Origin: Lytechinus pictus
Lineage: Eukaryota
Length of the DNA stretch: 64,000 nt
Direction of reading: 5' to 3'
Assembly (NCBI RefSeq): GCF_037042905.1
Contig: NC_087251.1
Coordinates: forward strand, 7,874,001 to 7,938,000
Below the pieces are notes generated by a model. The model worked only from the letters and a program-made list of their open reading frames with translations, made no database searches and was not told where the DNA came from. This document shows, in pieces, positions 1 through 12,180 of this stretch. Position 1 is the first letter of the stretch, and the number at the start of each line of letters is the position of its first letter. The translations under genes and the position numbers were made by a program.

Positions 1-2540
1 CGAAAAGATGATCGACCTAGGGGCACCTAATCGATGTTCGACATAGGGGTGCCGAATTGATGTTCAACCTAGGGGAGGGAGGGGCGGCGAATTGATATTC
101 TACCTAGGGGCGCCGAATAGATGTTCGACAGAGGCGCCAATCTGATGTTTGTCCTGGGGCGCCAAAGTCATGTTCAACCTAGGGAGTGGGAGCCAAATTC
201 ATATTCGACCTTTGGGGCGCCAATTTGATGTTTGACCTTGGGCGCCAAATTCGATGTTTGTCCTGGGCGCCAAATTCATGTTCAACATAGGGAGGGGGCG
301 GAGTTGATGTTTGACATAGGGGCGCCGAATTGATCTTCAACCTGGAAGGGGGGTGCCGAATTGATATTCAACCTAGGGGGGCGAATTGATCTTCAACCTG
401 GGGGGGGGGGGCGCCGAATTGATATTCAACCTAGGGGGCGAATTGATATTCAACCTAGGGGGGGGCGAATTGCTGTTCGACCTACGCGCGCTGAATTGAA
501 GTTCGACACAGGGGCGCCGAATTGATCTTCAACCTGGAAGGGGGGGGCGCCGAATTAATATACAACCTAGGGGGGCGAATTGATCTTCAACCGGGGGGGG
601 GGGGGGGCGCCGAATTGATATTCAACCTAGGGGGGCGAATTGATATTCAACTTAGGGGGGGCGAATTGCTGTTCGACCTACGCGCGCTGAATTGAAGTTC
701 GACACAGGGGCGCCGAATTAATGTTCGACATAGAGGGGCGCCGAATCGATGTTCGACATAGGGGCGGCAATTTGATGTTTGTTCTTGGGCGCCAAATTCA
801 TATTTGACCTTTGGGGCGCCAATTTGGTGTTTGTCCTTGGGTGCCACATTCATTTTCAAAATAGGGAGGGGTGGGGCGCCAAATTCATATTCAACCTTTG
901 GGGCCCCAATTTGATGTTTGACTTGGGGCACCAAATTCATGTTCAACCAAGGGAGGAGGGGGCGCCAAATTCATATTTGACATTTGGGGCGCCAGATTAA
1001 TGTTTATCCTGGGGCGCCAAATCCATGTTTCACATCCGGGCGGGGGCAACAAAAAAGGGGCGCCAAATTGGTGTTCGATCGGGGGGGCGCCAAATTGACC
1101 TGAAATGAAGGAGCACCAAATTTACTTTAATCTCGTGGGAGGAGTAAGTGCCAAATTGAAGTTTGACCGGGCATGCGAAAAGGGAGGCACCAAAAGAGGA
1201 AGAAAATGGTGGAAAAGAAAAGGGAGAGAAAAGGAGGGAAAAGAAAGAAATTGACCTGAAATGAAGGAACACCAAATTGACTTTAATCTCGTATGGGGGG
1301 GAGTGAGTGCCAAATTGATGTTTGACCGGGGGTGCGAAAATGGGAGGAAAAAAGGAGGGAAATAAGAAGAGAAAGAAAAAAGGGAGAAAGAAAAAAGGGG
1401 GAAAGAAAGAGAGAAGGGAAAAAGAAGAAGAAAGGGGCGCCGATTGATGTTCGCAAAGGGGCGCCAATTTGATGTTTGTCTTAGGGCGCCAAATTCATGT
1501 TCAACCTAGGGAGGAGGGGGGGCGCCAAATTCATATTTGACATTTGGGGCGCCAATTTGATGTTTATCCTGGGGCGCCAAATCCATGTTTCACATGCGTG
1601 TGGGGGCGACAATTCAATGTTTGACCGAGGGCGCTAAATTGACCTGAAACAGGGGGCGCCTAATTGGTGTTCGACCGGGGGGAGGCGCCAAATCGACCTG
1701 AAATGAAGGAGTACCAAATTGACTTTAATCTCGTGGGGGAGAGTAAGTGCCAAATTGATGTTTGACCGGGGATGCGAAAAGGGAGCGCCAAAAAGTGGAA
1801 GAAAAGAGTGGAAAGAAAAGAGGAGAAAAAAGGAGGGAAAGAAGAAGAGAAATTCAAAAAATGGGAAAGCAAGAAAATTGACCTGAAATGAAGGAGCACC
1901 AAATTGACTTTAATCTCATTAGGGGAGTGAGTGCCATATTGATGTATGACCGGGGGTGCTAAAAGGGGAGAAAAAAAGGAGGGAAAGAAAAAAAAAAGGG
2001 GAAAGAAAGAGAGAAGAGAAAAAAAAGAAGAACAAGGAGGCGCCGATTGATGTTTGACCTAGGGGGCGCCGAATCGATGTCCGACATAGGGACGCCGAAT
2101 TGATGTTCAACCTAGGGGAGGGAGAGGCGGCGAATTGATGTCCGGCCTTGGGGCGTCGAATCGATGTTCGACATAGGGGTGCTTGAATTAATGTCCGACC
2201 TTTGGGGCGCCAATTTGATGTTTGTTCTGGGTCGTCAAATCCATGTTCAACCTAGGGAGGAGAGGGGGGGGGGGGGGTCGCCAAATTCATATTTGACCTT
2301 TGGGGCGCCAATTCCATGTTTGCCCTGGGGCGTCAAATCCATGTTTCACATGCGGGCTAGGGCGACAAATAGATGTTTGACCGGGGGCGCTAAATTGACC
2401 TGAAACAAGGGGAGCCAAATTGCTGTTCGACCGGGGGGGGGGGGCACCACATTGACCGAAATGAAGGAGCACCAAATTGACCTTTAATCTCATGGGGGGG
2501 GGGAGTGAGTGCCAAATTGATGTTTGACCGGGGGTGTCAA
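1..2540. repeat. GC-rich complex minisatellite (~30-bp GGGGCGCC(G/A)AATTGATGTTCGACCT units) with larger higher-order blocks and purine-rich tracts
   Basis: The ggggcgcc-aatt-gatgtt motif recurs about every 30 bp. Longer blocks (aaattgacctgaaatgaaggagcaccaaattgactttaatctc...gtgccaaattgatgtttgaccggg) repeat near 1090, 1250, 1690, 1875 and 2450. The array runs off the window start. Confidence 0.85.
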
Positions 2541-2549
2541 ATTCATGTT

Positions 2550-4223
2550 TTTTAGGAGTTTGGCGCTCGCATCAAATGAATAATGAGATGCCCGTCTTGT
2601 TCATTATTACCCAAAGTGCTTTGAAATTACAGATTTTAGGTCAGATTATCAAAAATTTTCATCCCGCTCTTCGCGCTCGCATCAATCGTTGTTTAGTAAG
2701 GTGATGATCCTTTTCATGGTAAGATAAGAGCCCTCTGCCCTTTTCCAGCCTTTCGTCTTTTCTTTTTTGTTTACTGTTTTGTGTTTATGTATATAGGCGT
2801 ATCCCGCCACAAGCCTTTGCTTTTAGGATATACGCCTTCTTCTGTAAACCTAACATGTGCATTTTTGTATTCTTCATGACAAACTGTTTTTTCTATGGAT
2901 TTATGTTTACGAAAAACGTCGAAACTCGTGAATGAAAAAATAAATGTTTATTGGAATTGAATTTGAACAAAAAAGTGCTTAGAATATCCAACTTTGGGTC
3001 GAAATATCAAAAATTTTCAACTCGCGCTTCACGTTCGCATAAAATGTTTTGTTAGATACTAATCCTTTTAATTATTACCAAAAATGCTTACTCGAATGTT
3101 CAAATTTAAGGTCAGACTTTCAAAATTGTTCAGCTTTGAGCGCGAAGCGCGCATCATTGTTGAGATAGATACTCATACTGTTCATGGTAAAAAAAAGTGC
3201 TTAGAACGTCCAGTTTTGGGTCGGAATATGAAAATATTTCAGTTCGAGCTTCGCGCTCGCATCGATTAGGTAGATGCCCATTTTAATCCTTACTACAGAA
3301 AGTGCTTAGGATGTCCAAATTTTAAGGCTGAATATAAAAAAATTTCAGCGCGCGCTTCACGCTCGCATCAATTGCTTAGTTAGATGACCATCCTGTTCAT
3401 GATTACCAAAAGTGCTTAGAATGTCCCAATTTTAGGTGAAAATATCACCTTTTTTCCAGCTCGCGCTTCGCGTTCACACATTTGTTTAGATAGATACCCA
3501 TCCTGTTCATGGTTACAAAATGTGCTTAAATGCGCTCGCTTAAAATCATTTGTTAGATATCTTTTTATGTTAATGATCACAAAGAATGCTTATAATGTCC
3601 AATTTTTAGGTCAGAATATCAAAAAATTTCAGCTCGCGCTTCGCGCTCGCATCAATTGTTAAGATAGATTCATTATTTTCTTGGTTAATATATAATATAA
3701 TAATAATAATAATAATAATATAGGGTATTTATATTGCGCACATATCCACCTTGTTAGGTGCTCAAGGCGCTCCTATATTACCCGGCTAAGCTAGGCGTTC
3801 ATAGCGCACACAGCTTTTTAAGGAATTACTTCCTACCGGTACCCATTTACCTCACCTGGGTTGAGTGCAGCACATTGTGGATCAGTTTCTTGCTGAAGGA
3901 AATTACGGTTACAAAATGTGCTTAGAATTTCCAGTTTTGGGTCGGAAATTCAAAAAATTTCAGCTCGGGTTTTACGCTTGCATAAAATGTAGAGATAGAT
4001 ACCCATCCTGTTCTTGATTACCAAGAGTGCTTAGATTGTCCAAATTTTAGGTCAGAATATGAACATTTTTCAGCTCGCGTTCCCATCAATAATTGTTTAG
4101 ATATAATGTATACGCATCATGTTCACGGTTACAAAAAAGTGCTTAGAATATCCCATCGGGAAACATAATGATTAAATTATTTTTTCGCCCCCCCCCCCAT
4201 AGCGAAAGCTGGATCCGCCCCTG
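2550..4223. mobile_element. Right part of a non-autonomous hAT-like element with an internal ~115-bp tandem array (cgcgcttcgcgctcgca motif)
   Basis: Repeated units ...aagtgcttagaatgtcc...aaaattttcagctcgcgcttcgcgctcgcatc..., ending in ctggatccgcccctg at 4223 (same terminus as at 56311). The left end is not identified. Confidence 0.6.
3688..3906 (-). mobile_element. 5'-truncated tRNA-derived SINE with (ATT)n tail
   Basis: Shares its body (acccatttacctcacctgggtYgagtgcagcaca...cttgctgaaggaaattacg) with the SINE at 11852-12163. (AAT)n run at ~3700-3720; interrupts the 115-bp array. Confidence 0.7.
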
Positions 4224-4327
4224 GTAAAGAAATGTCAGTTCCCGCTCAAATAATTTTATTGGGGCCTTCTCTGATGAGAAGTTAAAGTAAATTGAAACTC
4301 CAAAGTGCTTAAAATTCTATGTTTTCA

Positions 4328-4775
4328 TGGGGCCGTTTCATAAATCTGATCGTAAGTTAAGAGCGGCTTTAAGAACGGCTGGATGATCCTTTCTTGCGGT
4401 AAATAATATTAACCATTAAGTGTTCATTGGTGATTATTTAGAGCGTATAAAGGTTTACCAGTCACAGCTTTATGAAACACCCACCTGAGCCCTGTAACTC
4501 AAAGCTTAGTGATGAATAGCAATTGTGAAAGAACACTTCTGATTGTTTTTTGGGTCAGTATTTTGCGCCAATTGCGCGTGTAAACTTGATCTTGATTGGT
4601 CAGTTCATTTAGCAATTGATCGCTAATCCCGTGTTACGGAACCCTGGGGCCCGTAACACAAAGGTTAGCAATGATCGCAGAACATGTTTCTAGGATTGGT
4701 TGCATTGATTACAACTTAAATCAATCGTGAAAATCAAGCGTTCGATCAATCGCTATTCTTTGTGTTACAGGGCCC
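4328..4775. mobile_element. Three abutting short palindromic MITEs (PIF/Harbinger-like)
   Basis: Inverted termini gggccgtttcataaa/tttatgaaacaccc, agccctgtaac/gttacggaacc and gggcccgtaacacaaag/ctttgtgttacagggccc, joined at CTG/CAG trinucleotides. Confidence 0.55.
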
Positions 4776-5019
4776 AGGTCGCATTTATTCTTTTCAAAAA
4801 GTGGTATTACAACATGGGCCTATTCAAGGATATTTCATCAACACATTAAAAAGGGGCATTCGATTGCCCCCTTTTTCACGTAATTATGAAATAATTTGTT
4901 TGCCTGATGGGGGGGGGGCATTTTCCGAAAAGTTCACAGGGGCGCGGGCAGGGGCGCCAAAATTAGGCCCCCCCCCCCCCCGTTGCAAAATCCTGGATAC
5001 GCGCCTGTATAAGACTAAC

Positions 5020-5095
5020 CTGGGTGACCACTGACCGTTCCCACGAGAATCAGGACAAGACAGTAGAGATTGATGAACTTCACCTCCACGTTCAT
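5020..5095 (-). CDS. Putative first coding exon (signal peptide MNVEVKFINLYCLVLILVGTVSGHP) of a gene running off the left edge
   Basis: ATG at 5095, hydrophobic core and VSG-H cleavage-like site. The exon is 76 nt and ends in a phase-1 donor G|GTTAGT, the same length and phase as exon 1 of SMase genes 1 and 3. No downstream exons seen. Confidence 0.5.
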
Positions 5096-5490
5096 GATCA
5101 AAAGTTGTTTTATCCTGATGACGACGTCGTTCCTTTATCTGAGACCTTTATCCCTCTTCTTGCACAGGTTGCTGACGAGTGACGAGAGCTGCCTACAAGC
5201 ATGAAGAGAAACCTCTTTCCACAACTTTCTATAATAATCCTCTTATAACACTAGAAGTCGAAAGATTATTCAATCATGTATGAAGAAATATAGGGAATGA
5301 AGCAATAGATCATTCCCCATGAACAATCGGTTCACCGATCGGACTACGCCAGTGAAATCAAGAACCTGCAAGGTTTTAAATAGGAATCTCCCATTGTCTA
5401 CAAATGTGCTCTAAATCGAAGGATCATTCATGTATGAAGATTTTATCAACTAACTGACCATGCATTGGCCCTTGCAACCAACTTGCATTC

Positions 5491-5998
5491 ATGCTTTTCA
5501 CACTGCACTTTTCCCCCTTAACCCCAGGAAATTGGTGGGGCTATAAGGGGGGGGGGTCTTAGCCCCACAAATTTCCCGGGGTTAAGCTTAGCCCACTTCG
5601 TTTTCACACTACGTTTTAGCAAAGTGGGCTAGCACGGTAAATAGTATATACGGTACTATCTGGCCCTGCGCAAAAAGCAGGGTTAGCCGGCTACCACAAT
5701 TGCGGTGCTAAGAGATGCAGTGTGAAACGAAACAGGGCTAAGCAATAGTGGGGCTTAGCATTAGCCAATCACAGAAGTCGACATTGCACGTTAATCGCGC
5801 TCTGAATGGTAAAATCATAGAGCTTAATAGCTCCATGGTAAAATCATCAATATTTTATGAGCTGTGTGATTGCCCGGGGTTAAGGCGTTAACCCCGGCTA
5901 AGCAAATAGTACGGGGTTAAGAAAGACAGTGTGAATCGAAAAAAGATAGTATGGGGTTAAGGATAGTATGGGTTAAGGAAATGCAGTGTGAAAAGCAT
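5491..5998. mobile_element. Palindromic MITE (PIF/Harbinger-like TIR ATGCTTTTCACACTGCA)
   Basis: 17-bp perfect inverted termini plus internal repeated ggggttaag/cttaacccc motifs. TSD unclear. Confidence 0.65.
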
Positions 5999-6865
5999 AT
6001 TGCAATGGATTCTCGAAGGCAACCGATTCACGGTTCATTCAACCATGGCATTAGTATTGATGTGGTGTTGTACTCCTCTTATTGTAACAAAGAACAGGCA
6101 AATCGCCTGACGAAGCAAAAGGAATTCAAAGGAGAATTTGTTTTGTTATAAATTTATTCCCGTTTTCCTTGTAGCTTTATATTTACATTTCCGCATTGCA
6201 AATTTGACAAATATTGAGAAATCACTTTGGTATCATAAATTTGATTTGTGGTCCATTTTTTATAAATCAAATCAAAGTTTAATTGTCATATACAAAATGA
6301 ATTCGTGTTTATCCGCAGAATCACGGTAAATACGGAAATCCCAATAAAAACAAAAACAAAAGAATAAAAAAAAACCTCGCGGTAACATTCCCGCTATTTG
6401 TTCTTTTTTTTAATCCTACTGATGTAGAAAGATAACAGGCAGTGGCGGCAACAAAATGCACGGGGGCATTTCATCATGCATGATTACAATATTCGATATT
6501 TGAATGACTCGTAGGCAGGCATCTTCATTATCCATTTAGAAGCTAAAATAAGCCCTCATTAACATCAATGAAGGCTTATGAATTATGTATTTCGTACGAT
6601 GCTCCCTCGCCAACTGTGAGTTAGTACGTGTATTAAACAATACACACATCAGCGCAATGACAAAGGTCAACTTGGCAAATTCATTAATGTATTCATTTTG
6701 TTGCGCTCGTGACGCGAACGATTAAGCGAATCAGCAACAGCAAGCACCAATATGAGACGATATTTATATATATATTTTTAAAACAAGTGCACACCTAGTT
6801 ACCAATAATGCATATAGCATTTCCATTTATTTGAAAGAAGGATAAAAGAGCATTGTAGATTAATC

Positions 6866-6950
6866 ACGGGCATAGGTGCCGCGGCCGGGGATCGAACCCC
6901 GGACTTTCCATTTATAGCCAGGCGCCTTAGACCACACGACCACGGCCACT
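6866..6950 (-). mobile_element. tRNA-derived SINE head fragment
   Basis: Minus strand has A-box-like GTGGTCGTGTGGTCTAAGG and B box GGTTCGATCCC, followed by SINE-like ...cacctatgccc; it abuts the right IR arm. Confidence 0.55.
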
Positions 6951-6982
6951 ACGTCGTCATCAGGATAAAACAACTTTTGATC

Positions 6983-7058
6983 ATGAACGTGGAGGTGAAG
7001 TTCATCAATCTCTACTGTCTTGTCCTGATTCTCGTGGGAACGGTCAGTGGTCACCCAG
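6983..7058 (+). other. Inverted duplicate of the signal-peptide exon (possibly a pseudo-exon)
   Basis: Identical 76-nt ATG...CCA G|GTTAGT sequence inside the right arm of the inverted repeat. Confidence 0.45.
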
Positions 7059-8370
7059 GTTAGTCTTATACAGGCGCGTATCCAGGATTTTGCACAGGGG
7101 GGGGGGGGGGCATTGTTTGTTATTGCGTCTTTCGGGCATGTACAACATTACCGTGCTTGTTTGAGAATAGGCCTATCCTAATTCTAAAGTGAAGAGAGTA
7201 GATCAAGTCGTGATGAGGTAAATAGGTCTGCATCCCAAAATTTTCAGATAGTTAAAATGTAACACAATCTTAGTTAATAACAAATTTATAAGGAATCTCG
7301 AACTTAAATAGAGGGCAGGGGCCGCGGAACGAATTTGAAGGGGGGGGGGTAGTGCACTGACCCCAAAGGTTTTTTTTGGGGGGGCTGAACTTGCATATCA
7401 CAATTTGATGGTAATTTTCACTGTTTGTGTGTATATGGTTACTGAAAACAAATTGTCATCATTAACAGAGTACATTTTCTTGATACAAATAGTCTTGAGA
7501 AGCAAACAAAAATGGTCAAGGTATAACGTTAGGGACCCGCTCCTTTATGGATCCCCGTGTCCATTTCATAAAGAATTACAGTATTTAAAATCGTTATTAT
7601 TGTAGCTTCCGTGGTAACCTTTATATTAATTGGTTGATGAGCCCTAGTTACCATGGTAGTTGTCATGACAAAGTTACCATACTTGTAACTCTTTTTGAAA
7701 CGGGCCCCAGTTTATCATGTTCAATACGAGGTTTTCTGTCCCCTCATTCTCCAGCATTATTTTCTTACTTTGTTCTTCCGTGTATTCAATTTCCCACTCA
7801 AATTCTTTTGTGCCACCTTTCTCGTATACTTTTCCCTCTTTTTTCCCACTTTTCTCGTCCTATTTCTCTTTCACCCCTCTGTTCCTACTTGCCACCATTC
7901 TGATGTAGTTTAATTGATGTAGTTTAATAATGTAGTGTAGTTTATTGATAGTATTATACCCTGTAATGATATGTCATGTAATGTATATTTAATGTTAGCA
8001 TAATACAGTAGAATGTGAAATAATTGTAATTCAATATTTCTGATTAATGTAGAGCGCGTTGAGATCTTGATATCAAGCGCTCTAAAAATGTATTATTATT
8101 ATTAATACCCCCTTCCCTTTCTCAATAATCTCTTCGTATTTGCCCTCCGTTTCTTTCTCATCTATTTTTAATCCCCTTCTCACTCTTTCCCTCTCTCTCC
8201 ATCTCATTTTGAATTTTGCTTATGCTGGGGGGGTCCATCAACAGTCACTCAATACTCTTTCCAAATCATCCCTTTCATTTTAGCTCTGTCGGTACAATAC
8301 TATCATTTTCAATACAAATGAAAGCAAGACATGAAAGCATTCCCTGGTTAGTGGTGAATTTCATTAATTA

Positions 8371-9061
8371 TAAACCCCTCAAAAAAGTTTGAAAATCTCA
8401 GTTTTGGCCATTAATTTCTCCTAACTCCAAATTTTACACAATGCATATCATTCAAAAGATCATTTAATTCTCTTCAATATAATACCATGCTTGTAATGAT
8501 CATGCCATCACGAAAAGAGCAGGATTAAAAGTGTTGGAAGAGGTCTAAATTGAAAAGCTACAAAATGAGCAGAAATTGTCATGAAGGGTCAATAAAGAAC
8601 ATGGTTCTTTTGTCTGTGTCAATAAAAATGATAATCCATTCAAATCAAGCCCCTGCTTCTTCATTTTTGATGTTTTGTTGTGGTTTATGTAGTGATGGGT
8701 CTGTGAGATAACATGGTTTGAAATACCCATTCATGTTTGTTTGTTTGTTATGTGTTTGCTTGTGCAGTGGTGTGTTTGATTCCATGTTAATGTTGATGTT
8801 AAGGTGCATTCTGAAAACAAAAGAAACCGCTGAGAAACTCACTCATCACCACAGAAAAAAATAGAAAAGTGACTTTTAATATTCAGTCATTTTGCAATTT
8901 TGAATTTTGACTTTGCCCCACATTAATCATTTTATGTAAGGTATCATTTTAAAGAGAATTAAATGATCTATTCATTGGTATCAATCACACATTAATATTT
9001 CCTAAAACCGAGGAGGGATTATCGATCAAAGTCAGATTTCCAAATTTTTTTTAGGAGTTTA
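8371..9061. mobile_element. Degenerate TIR element (MITE)
   Basis: taaacccctcaaaaaagtttgaaaatct matches agatttccaaatttttttaggagttta; internal inverted match catttaattctctt/aagagaattaaatg. Confidence 0.45.
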
Positions 9062-10819
9062 TTTTGCCAGAAAAAAAAATCACATTATCAGAAAATGTTG
9101 CTTTACTTTTTTTCTTAAGTGTATGTAGATACTTTAAACCGGAAGAAAATAAATTTTGTATTTTTAAGGCATCTCTTTTTCAGACCATTTTTAATGAAAA
9201 TTAGCATAAGAAATTTCCTTCGACACTCGTATGAAGAGTTTAATCAACAAGAAATTTCATACGTCGAGAATTTTGGGGTGCGATAATAATTTTGTTTTTA
9301 ATTAAAGAAAATGAAAATACCCTTTTCATCTTCGTCACTTTCTAAATTAGACTCTCCAATCTTGAATTGTTGGAGTTCTTGAATGAAAACATCTGGTACA
9401 CAAGTTCAGCAGATTGAAAAAAAAATAGAGAAAGAAATCAAGGAAGATGAATTAAAATTTTCATGGTTTCATAAACGTTCTAAGAATATTGAGACCATAC
9501 ATAGGCCTATATATATCTGCAATACATAACATAAGAAATCTTACTACTGAATAGAATACTAATTAACTCACCCATATAATTATTACGAAAAATGTAAAAA
9601 CTGCATCATCCTATAGGAAAAAAAATTAACATCATTATGAAGTTTACAAAATAAGAAATCTACAAATATGAAACAACGCTAAGAGAATGAATATAAGTAT
9701 TTTTATAAAATAATATAAAAAACATGAATAATAAAAATTGCTTTGTTTACAAACAAATAGGAAATAAAAAGTTAGTTGAGAACACGAACGTCATTTAAAT
9801 AGACCAAGGACATCATCAATTGCCCAAGATAATAACTCATTGCAACCTGTTTGTGAAAGAAAAGAGAGAAGAATAATTATAAAAAATTATCTATTTCATG
9901 GCCATACGCAGGGGAGGGGTGGGGTGGGAGCTGAAATGTGAAAACCTACATTAAAAAAAAAATTTGCCCAAAATCCTTCAATTTTACTTCAATGCAAAAA
10001 ACGCCCCTGAATAAGCTCGGTTGCTTCTGGCCCTCGTTTGGGGTTTCTCTCAAATTTTTTATGCGTCTCCCTCCCCCCCCCCAAAAAAAAAGAATAATAA
10101 ATGAATACAAATCTGCATACGACCATGATCTTAGCCCAACCAGACACAGTGCCGTGCAACCGCAGACTATCTACATCTTTTTTCCGGGGTGACGTCACAA
10201 TAGCCGTACGCGCGCCAGACCCCGGTTAATACCACCAGCTGCAAAAGTCGTTAAAGCTAGTAACATTTTGTCATTTGATAATGATTTGTTTTCGTTAGCT
10301 ATACAGCACAGTGGGTTTTTTTCTAATAAGTATACCCTTTCTCCATATACCCCCACCCTCTCTCTCTCTCTCTTTTTTCGTTTATAATGTAATGTATTTA
10401 GATAATTTTACTATTAGCTGTACAAACTAATGATAAATTGATTGAAATGAATATTCAATGCCGTGGAATTAACTTTCCTTGAGGTTTTTTTCTTTCTTTT
10501 ATCGTCTTTTATTTTTTATGTTACATATCCGTTTTATCGGTGCCTGTGTTGCCTTTTCTTCTTTTCCTACTTCTTTATTTTCACTACCACCATCTTCTAC
10601 TTCTTTTTCCCCTCCTCTCTCTTCTTCTGCGTCTTCTTTTCTTTCTATCTCTTCTTTTTTCTAGATATTTTGTTGTATACACTGTACATAGTTTTGTAAA
10701 TAGTATGTAAATATTTAAAATGCAAAAGAAGAATACATTGTAAAGTTTGCATAAAAGTGGTTCCAATACCCTAATAAGGGTGACATGGGTCTAATAAATT
10801 AATTGTCATTTGTGTGGAA

Positions 10820-11645
10820 ACCACCGTCTGCCAATAGCATCTGCAAGATTTTCAAAATTAATATTGAGAGATCACAGATAATATGCACTATATGTGATAC
10901 AACAAAGCTGGGTGGTGAATTTCATTATTTGTGCCCTGCATTTCTTAAAGCAAGAAACAAATATATTGATTGTTCCTATACAAGCCGTCCAAATGCGTTA
11001 AAATGTTTAGGCTTTTTGATTCTTCCAAAATGTCGACATTAATAAATTTATCAACATTTTGCAGCATCATAATGGATATGTTTAATACATAAATTAAATA
11101 TTTTTGTTAACATTTCTTGAAGACACATTCATGTATATATGTTAACAAATAATAATTAGGTAAAGGGAAAATTATAATTATATATTCACTTTTTATTCAC
11201 ATATCGTTGCCTTTGCTTTGCAGTTAAATTTTTTCAATCCTCTTACACGCATCGATTCGTCTATTTATCTATCTACCGTTATTGTTATCATTTGTTATCA
11301 TTGTTGTTAGTATTGTTTCTGTTAACAATATTGTTATTGTTATAACCATCATTTATCTCATTTCTCTTTTCTTTTCTCTCTTCCCCTTTTAGTTTCCTTC
11401 TTTTATTTCTTCTTTTTATCTGTCTTTCCCCCTTCTCTCACCAATCGATTTAGAGAAACATTCCTTTCACTGACTGCTTTTTTTATCCCATTACTCTGTA
11501 AATATGTGATTGTACATATTTGTAAATACTTTGTAAATATAATTGTTTAGAAAATGATTTTGAATATGTAATGTCCTATGATCATAGTGTCCCCAATACC
11601 CGAATTAGGGTGACATGGGTCAAATAAAATAATTGTCACTGTCAC
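10820..11645 (+). mobile_element. 3' fragment of a non-LTR retrotransposon (ORF2 C-terminal Cys/His motif plus 3' UTR)
   Basis: ORF 10803-11042 contains ICTICDTTKLGGEFHYLCPAFLKARNKYI, resembling the C-x2-C...DEFH...C tail of CR1/L2-type ORF2. The 3'-end motif ccaataccc..attagggtgacatgggtc.aataaa..aattgtca occurs twice (10763-10810 and 11592-11644). Confidence 0.5.
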
Positions 11646-11851
11646 CATCTACACGGAATTAGTTTATGTTATGCTTCGGAGCATGCACTGCTCAGAGGAG
11701 TTGGCGCACGGCTCAGTCGAGAATCATAGAAATTGGCTATACATTTTTACTAGACACATGATAAGTTCAAGATAAAATTCGTCTTTATTTATCTATATTG
11801 TAAAATTTGTTTTGTTCACAACTATAAGTCAATAAACATCAAAATAAAGCC

Positions 11852-11860
11852 ATAATAATA

Positions 11861-11895
<35 letters not shown>

Positions 11896-12163
11896 GGTAT
11901 ATTTACCCAGGGTAGCCACTACAGTTCCGAAAACTGTTCTCCCAGCGGGTCCTGCTATTATTACCCGACTAAGCTAGGCTACCTATTCAGGTGCACACAG
12001 CTTTTTGAGGAATTACTTCCTGTACCCATTTACCTCACCTGGGTCGAGTGCAGCACACTGTGGATAAATTCCTTGCTGAAGGAAATTACGCCATGGCTGG
12101 GATTTAAACCCACGACCCTCTGTTTCAAAGTCCGGAGACTAATCCACTGGGCCATGACGCTCC
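11852..12163 (-). mobile_element. Full-length tRNA-derived SINE
   Basis: Head GGAGCGTCATGGCCCAGTGGATTAG (A box), decayed B box GGGTTTAAATCCC, central tgcactcgacccaggtgaggtaaatgggtac block and (ATT)n tail. Confidence 0.8.
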
Positions 12164-12180
12164 ACTTATTACATTATTAC

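Larger units (their letters stand above)
4984..7094. repeat. Perfect 144-bp inverted repeat (arms 4984-5127 and 6951-7094)
   Basis: The arms read as exact reverse complements by eye; similarity extends into the flanking poly-C/poly-G runs. Confidence 0.95.

Noticed and set aside
1-800. Regular ~30-bp repeats resembling a CRISPR array
   Set aside because: The units are degenerate tandem copies without unique spacers, there are no cas genes, and the context is eukaryotic.
647-2493. Several 60-145-aa ORFs (FGAP repeats, Phe/Leu/Ser-rich)
   Set aside because: They are translations of the minisatellite and purine tracts.
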